Shown piece after piece: positions 58,565 to 64,000 of a DNA stretch of 64,000 nucleotides (its first letter is position 1; every line of letters starts with the position of its first letter). The DNA is from an uncultured Alphaproteobacteria bacterium (lineage in GTDB: Bacteria > Pseudomonadota > Alphaproteobacteria > RF32 > CAG-239): assembly GCA_910587405.1 (NCBI GenBank), contig CAJUKS010000004.1, positions 78,141-142,140 on the forward strand. The letters run 5' to 3'. The translations under genes were made by a program, and so were the position numbers. A model generated the notes under the pieces. It made no database searches. It saw only the letters and a program-made list of their open reading frames with translations, and was not told the origin of the DNA.

Positions 58565-61189
58565 ATGACTAAATATACATCTTTAGCAATTGCGTTAACG
58601 GCGACGACTTTTTGGAGTGCGCCCGCAATTGCCGCCCCTCTCACCCCGACTTTGGGAAAAGCAGGAGCTTATACCCTTGAAACAATAGATAAATCAAAAT
58701 TTGATCCCGATAACAGCACAATGTTTGCTGATTATTATCTGACACAAGACGGTAATGTGACGCCATATTATTACCAATATCAAATTAAAACGGGACTAAA
58801 ATCCCATGCCAGAATTGAGGACGGCCATACAATCAACAAAAATGATATTGCCAGCGACTTTTTCAATCTTACGGCAACAGATAATGGCGGTGCTATCCAC
58901 AACAGTTATTCCTTTTCTTCAGAAAGCGGATACATCGGAGATATACGGGCCGATTTTATAAACAATTCTACGACCAATGAAACTTATGCTTACGGCGGTG
59001 CTATTTATAATGGTTATGAAATCAAAAATATTACCGGCGATTTTATTGGCAATCATGTTGATGGAAACACTCATGGCTATGGCAGTGCAATTATGAATGA
59101 CAGCGGCAGTGAGATCGCAACGATTTCAGGAAATTTTATTAAAAATTACGCGATCGCCAATTCATATGCCGGCGCCGTAATATACAACCACGGAAAAATC
59201 AATAATATTTTTGCTGATTTTATCGGTAATTATGCTATTGGAAATGGTGCTTTAGGATTGGTAATCACAAATACAAACCGAGTAGGTGTTATCAGTGGCA
59301 GCTTTATTAATAACTATGCTTTACTTGAAGACACTTTTGCGCCGGCAGTCTATTCTTCCCAACCAATTACCATCGCCTCTCGCGGCAAAGACATTTTTTT
59401 CAGCGGCAATTATGCTGAAAACAAACTTAACGGCCAACGAAAATATCAAGCCATATTTATGAAAAAATTTTCTGTGGTACCGGCATTAACTCTGGATGCC
59501 TTCCAAGGAGGAAACATTATTTTTAATGACTCTATTGAAGGCGGACAGTTAAATAATGGCAAATATGACTATAATCAGCAGTTTAACCTGACAATAAAAG
59601 GAAACGGCAATAACAAAGTTATTATAAATAATGATATTGTTAACTCCGGCAATATAAATGTCAACGATGTTACTTTAAAATTTGGTGAATTTACTCAAGC
59701 TGACGGCACACACAGTATCGGACAGTTTTTAACCGGCGTTGACGGCAAAGATCCGGTTACAAACTTAAGCTTTACAAATTCGATTTTTGATTTGCATAAT
59801 AACTATTATGACAACTTAAAAATTAAAAATCTAACAGCTGCAGCTTCACAACTCAATGTTAACGTCGGCAAAAAAGATAACGCTTGGACAGCAGACAAAG
59901 TCTCTGTTAACGGAGAATTAAGCGGAGATTACAAGGTTAATGTATACTCATTAAGCAAAGTTCCGGATATTGGAACCAGCGTGGTATTCTTAGAAGCTCT
60001 GAATGATACCAACCCGGATGACGAAACAATTACCGTCAACAGAGTATATGGTTCACCTTATTTATGGCTGGCAGAAAGGAACAAAAATGGAGAAACAGAT
60101 GGTTCTACCTGGTATTTGGTTATGGACAGCACTGTAAATCCAGACTTTGAAATAACGCCTGAGCCGGAACCGGATCCTGTTTTACCGGATATTCCAGAGA
60201 CGCCGGACACACCTGTTCCAGGCGCCAGCAACAAGGTTGTTGCCGAAGTTATCGCTTATACAGGCTTACATTCCGCTGCTGTTGAACAAACACGTTCTCT
60301 GGTCGGCAACATCAAAAGCAAGGTCACTGTCAACAGCTTGCTGCCTGATTTTTGCTTATCTGCAGAAGATGATAAAGATAATCTCTGCAAGAGTACCTTG
60401 TACAACGCTTGGGTGAATCCGATTTACCATTATACCAACATCAAAGCGCCGGTTGATATGGATGCCGATATCTGGGGCATTGAAGCCGGCGGCGACTTGC
60501 AGCATGATCTCAACAACAAGCTGGGCCTGTTCCTGTCCTACCGCAAGGGTAATTACGACATGAACGGCGACGGCAAGCATCATTACTCGACGATTGGATC
60601 TGAGATTGACATTGATTCGTATCTGGCCGGTTTGTATTACCGTTATGACCGCAACAACTGGTGGACTTTTGCCACCGTTTACGGCGGCATTCAGAGAGTT
60701 GATCTGAAGACCAAAGACGGCATCAAGTCGGATACCGACGGTACCGAGTTCGGCGGCAGCGTCGAGTTGGGTTATGACTATAACCTGTCTAAAACTCTGT
60801 ACCTGACCCCGAGCGTGGGCGCCTTCTATACTCAGGTAGACTATGACGACGCCACCGACAGTGCCGGTAAGATTGCGAAGTACAACACCTTGCGTCAGCT
60901 GGAGTTGGAAGCCGGCGTCAAACTGACAAAGGCGTTTGTAACGGACGAAGGCTACGCCAACGTTTATGTCAAACCGAGTGTTGTCCGCACCATTGCTGAC
61001 GGTGACGAAGTCAAAATCACCGGTTTGGGCAAAGTCAACACTTTGGAAGACCAGACGCTGGGCCGGGTTGAACTCGGCGGCCGCTACGGCTTTACGGACG
61101 CTTTGTCGGCGTATGGCTGGGCGAATTATACCTTCGGCAGCGGCTACAAAGCGACAGCGGGCGGTTTGGGCCTTGCCTATACATGGTAG
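58565..61189 (+). CDS. Autotransporter with a Pmp-type (GGA[IV] / FxxN) repeat passenger
   Basis: Signal peptide, repeated GGAIHN / GGAIYN / GSAIMN / AGAVIYN units each followed by DFI(N/G)N, and a C-terminal beta-barrel ending GGLGLAYTW. A terminator follows at about 61205-61235. Confidence 0.85.
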   Translation: MTKYTSLAIALTATTFWSAPAIAAPLTPTLGKAGAYTLETIDKSKFDPDNSTMFADYYLTQDGNVTPYYYQYQIKTGLKSHARIEDGHTINKNDIASDFFNLTATDNGGAIHNSYSFSSESGYIGDIRADFINNSTTNETYAYGGAIYNGYEIKNITGDFIGNHVDGNTHGYGSAIMNDSGSEIATISGNFIKNYAIANSYAGAVIYNHGKINNIFADFIGNYAIGNGALGLVITNTNRVGVISGSFINNYALLEDTFAPAVYSSQPITIASRGKDIFFSGNYAENKLNGQRKYQAIFMKKFSVVPALTLDAFQGGNIIFNDSIEGGQLNNGKYDYNQQFNLTIKGNGNNKVIINNDIVNSGNINVNDVTLKFGEFTQADGTHSIGQFLTGVDGKDPVTNLSFTNSIFDLHNNYYDNLKIKNLTAAASQLNVNVGKKDNAWTADKVSVNGELSGDYKVNVYSLSKVPDIGTSVVFLEALNDTNPDDETITVNRVYGSPYLWLAERNKNGETDGSTWYLVMDSTVNPDFEITPEPEPDPVLPDIPETPDTPVPGASNKVVAEVIAYTGLHSAAVEQTRSLVGNIKSKVTVNSLLPDFCLSAEDDKDNLCKSTLYNAWVNPIYHYTNIKAPVDMDADIWGIEAGGDLQHDLNNKLGLFLSYRKGNYDMNGDGKHHYSTIGSEIDIDSYLAGLYYRYDRNNWWTFATVYGGIQRVDLKTKDGIKSDTDGTEFGGSVELGYDYNLSKTLYLTPSVGAFYTQVDYDDATDSAGKIAKYNTLRQLELEAGVKLTKAFVTDEGYANVYVKPSVVRTIADGDEVKITGLGKVNTLEDQTLGRVELGGRYGFTDALSAYGWANYTFGSGYKATAGGLGLAYTW

Positions 61190-61517
61190 TTCAATTCGAA
61201 CACGAAAAAACACCCCCGGCAACCGGGGGTGTTTTTTTGTTATCAGATACCCACCGAAAATCCAAGTATGTTCAAGACGCAATGCCAAGATGTCGTTAGA
61301 CGCCGATCTACCCCCACAAGTATAATTCAACCGTTAGGCCGGTAATTTTTCAACCTCCGTTTCGCGTGAAACATCCTCCGCAAAATTCATTTTGTTCTGA
61401 AGGCAACGGCGTTGTCCGGACAGTTTATCACTCCCCCCCTGAAAACGGAGGGAACTCGTAACTCATTACAACAAAAATACCCCCGGCAACCGGGGGTATT
61501 TTCCAACCGTAATCCGA

Positions 61518-64000
61518 CTACCACGGATCATTATATTTCAACGCCGGATCGTTCAGATTGTCAATGTTGGTCGCCGAAGATTTATCCCAGAAATCACGAC
61601 GGGTTCCATTCAACTGATCATAGGACGTATCAACATAATCCGAATCAAAAGCCGCACGACGGAAGTAACAGTAAACGGTTACATAGGCTTCCAACTCGCG
61701 GTAATGAACCGGATACAGATTCCAATAGACGGTATCTTGTTCGTTATTTGTGTTGGCATTGCCGCCGCCGACATTATGGCCGCCGACATTGCCGTTGATG
61801 AAGTCATCATAATAAGCCGCCGGATAGATAAAGCCCATAACGGTTCCCCATCCCTTAAACGTCTTCAGATTGCTGTCGGTACATTTACCGTCACTCTGGA
61901 ACTTTCCGTCGCATTCCGGCATCACCATCGCCTTCAGCCAATTGTTTTTCTGGAAGGTCAACGGATTAACCGGCTCAATTTCATCGGCGGTTGTCCGCAA
62001 CTCTCCGTTCTGGGTATACCAGTACAAATACGGGTTGTTATGGCTGTTAATATCAATCTTACTGTCGCGATAAACCGGAGTACCGGCCTGCGCCATTGCC
62101 CAACCGGACGGATTGATCGTAATAACCTTCGAGTATCCCGGCGGACAAGTCGGTGCCGGAACAAACCCGAGATAAGCCGACGTAAACGCTTCCGCCGACC
62201 CGCTGGTTACTTCCGATCCTTTTAAGGCATCGGAAGTTGCGCCGACCCATTTGATTTCATCTTTAAAGGTATTGTCGACCACATAGATACCGCGGTTGAT
62301 GAAATCGGGCAGAATGTCACTCAAACGGGCGCCGCCGCGGGTGGTCAGCTTGATATCGTTCATCACCGAAGTGTAAGCCGGATTAACCTCATATTTTTCA
62401 TAAGGGGTAACCGTTTTGCCGTCGGTACCTTTGATATCTCCTCCCGAATTGACGCTGGTGGTCGACGAATTCAACGCTACCGCCGCCGGAACGGTATGGG
62501 CGATAAAGCGGTCGGCACTGATGTATCCGACCGGATATTTAGTCTCATCCGTTCTGTAATCATCGACAATTTCACTGTTGAGCAAACGGGTATTGCCGCT
62601 GGTCGCCAAATTGATGGCCCCCTTACGAATGTAAACGCTGCCGCGGTCATCGTCATCAGGAATAACGTCGGTATCCGAATTGTTGTCAACCTGCAAGATG
62701 GTATCGCCTTTGGTAATGTCAAGCGTGGTATCGGCATTGCTCTCGGTAGCCAAAACCCGGAAATCACCTTTGTTGACATACAAAGCCGCATTACCCATGT
62801 TACTGCCGTCATCCGGATAGTCGCCGCCGGTAACGTCATGATCATAGACGGCAAAACCACCCGAAAAACGCGAACTTACATAATCTTTGCTGCGTGCTGC
62901 CCGGATATCTGCCACCGGACGGGTTGTCGTAATCGTATTGCCGCTGCTGTCAGTTCCGGTCCCCAACTCGGTAATTGAGAAATCCATGTCGCCGAGAGCA
63001 AACAAATTGTTGTCACTGCTGCGGGCATAGAGATCATCATGCGTAAAACCGCCGTTTTGAGCACCGCGCGACATAAAGCGGGCGTAATCGGTAACCGAAT
63101 CGATATAACCGAGACTGGATCCGCTGGCTGCATCGTTGTAAGCCCGCAACATGTCATCCTGAATTGACACCACCGATTTATCAATGAAGTTGCCGTCGCT
63201 GCCTATCGTGGCCAGAGAAATAGCGTTATAGGCTCCCAGTTTGATCTGACCGTCAGCCGTATCACTGTTGACGCTGCTGGTTGCGCCGGCAACGTCATGT
63301 TCAATCAGGCCGACATTGGCATCGGGGCTGCCCGCACGCAAATTAAGGCCGCTTTCATGGTCAAACCGCACCCCTTTCTGAACGACGCTGGAGGTACCGT
63401 CACTGTGAGTAATCGTTTCTTCGGCTTCGGAAATTTGCAAACGATAACGGTTTTCGCCGCTGGCCGCATCGGTATAGTGTCCGACCAGCAAACGCCCGTC
63501 GTCGGTGCCCTTTTTCTCGGCAACCATATAAAAGTCGGGATCTTCGGTGACGTCGTTGAAGTCTTCGGGACGAACGCCGGCCCGTAGTTTGGCGGCATCA
63601 ACGTTATAAGCCTTCAACTTGGCGGTCTTCAAACTGTCTTTGACAAACGCCGGTCCGTTGACGGTCAAAGCATGTTCGCCTTCCAGATCGCTGCTGACAA
63701 AATTGCCCGCGCCATCGGTTTTGGGCGTTCCGTCATCATTATACTCATAAGTGGTATAAGAGGCTTTGTGGACGTCGCCGCCGCCGACAATCACCGCCGG
63801 TGCCGCATTCTGCTCCGGCCATTTGTTGGTATCATAGTCATCATATTTGCCGCCGTCGGCTGCAACCCCGGGATTGCGTATGCTCAGCGCACCGTCAATC
63901 AAATTGACGCGCTCGGCGTTGGCGGCAATCAGTTTTTGCGAACTGGTGGTCGGTGTGCCCCCGCCGGCCGGAGTGCTGCTGGTCTTCGATTCAAATTCCA
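61518..64000 (-). CDS. Very large hypothetical surface or secreted protein. The 5' end lies outside the window.
   Basis: The frame stays open upstream of the track start at 63902, all the way to position 64000 (..EFESKTSSTPAGGGTPTTSSQKLIAANAERVNLIDGAL..). It is Asn/Asp/Gly/Thr-rich and its C-terminal ~200 aa have Cys pairs. Terminator at about 61478-61505. Confidence 0.7.
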   Translation of the reverse strand, partial: EFESKTSSTPAGGGTPTTSSQKLIAANAERVNLIDGALSIRNPGVAADGGKYDDYDTNKWPEQNAAPAVIVGGGDVHKASYTTYEYNDDGTPKTDGAGNFVSSDLEGEHALTVNGPAFVKDSLKTAKLKAYNVDAAKLRAGVRPEDFNDVTEDPDFYMVAEKKGTDDGRLLVGHYTDAASGENRYRLQISEAEETITHSDGTSSVVQKGVRFDHESGLNLRAGSPDANVGLIEHDVAGATSSVNSDTADGQIKLGAYNAISLATIGSDGNFIDKSVVSIQDDMLRAYNDAASGSSLGYIDSVTDYARFMSRGAQNGGFTHDDLYARSSDNNLFALGDMDFSITELGTGTDSSGNTITTTRPVADIRAARSKDYVSSRFSGGFAVYDHDVTGGDYPDDGSNMGNAALYVNKGDFRVLATESNADTTLDITKGDTILQVDNNSDTDVIPDDDDRGSVYIRKGAINLATSGNTRLLNSEIVDDYRTDETKYPVGYISADRFIAHTVPAAVALNSSTTSVNSGGDIKGTDGKTVTPYEKYEVNPAYTSVMNDIKLTTRGGARLSDILPDFINRGIYVVDNTFKDEIKWVGATSDALKGSEVTSGSAEAFTSAYLGFVPAPTCPPGYSKVITINPSGWAMAQAGTPVYRDSKIDINSHNNPYLYWYTQNGELRTTADEIEPVNPLTFQKNNWLKAMVMPECDGKFQSDGKCTDSNLKTFKGWGTVMGFIYPAAYYDDFINGNVGGHNVGGGNANTNNEQDTVYWNLYPVHYRELEAYVTVYCYFRRAAFDSDYVDTSYDQLNGTRRDFWDKSSATNIDNLNDPALKYNDPW

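Overview
This is a 64-kb chromosomal window of roughly 50% GC. The gene content looks alphaproteobacterial and probably host-associated and fermentative: alpha-type L36, TolB, KdsB, Lgt, acpP-fabF-mltG, EttA, LepA, S21, QueA, PFK, LDH and L-serine dehydratase. Three accessory regions interrupt the housekeeping blocks. (1) 10.4-17.1 kb, next to an initiator-like tRNA-Met, holds a GmrSD-type DUF262/DUF1524 nuclease and a rearranged type II-C CRISPR-Cas locus. Its order is DUF262/DUF1524 -> cas1 -> | 13-repeat array | <- cas2 <- cas9 (ORF stops inside HNH) | tracrRNA ->. The repeats carry embedded extended -10 promoters, and the oldest, degenerate repeat overlaps the cas1 stop codon. (2) 35.8-43.0 kb and (3) 47.8-52.3 kb each contain the same module. 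It consists of tandem XRE-type HTH paralogs with a C-terminal helical extension, a divergent sigma70 promoter, a conserved ~230-nt structured RNA leader (with covariation between the two copies), and a 62-64 aa protein that resembles the free-standing C-terminal extension of the HTH paralogs. I read this as a SinR/SinI-like repressor/antagonist arrangement. Around these modules lie Cys-rich secreted paralogs, a Bacteroidetes-style lipoprotein, partial tandem copies of the RNA 3' module, pyrimidine-rich tracts, and two inverted copies of a 20-aa Ile/Lys-rich peptide gene with SD-sequestering leaders. The window edges carry large surface-protein genes: a Pmp-repeat autotransporter, a protein of more than 826 aa running off the window, and an ankyrin/Gly-rich protein. 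All calls come from reading the sequence and the ORF track only. RNA ends and promoter positions are approximate (+/-1-5 nt), and no database search was possible.
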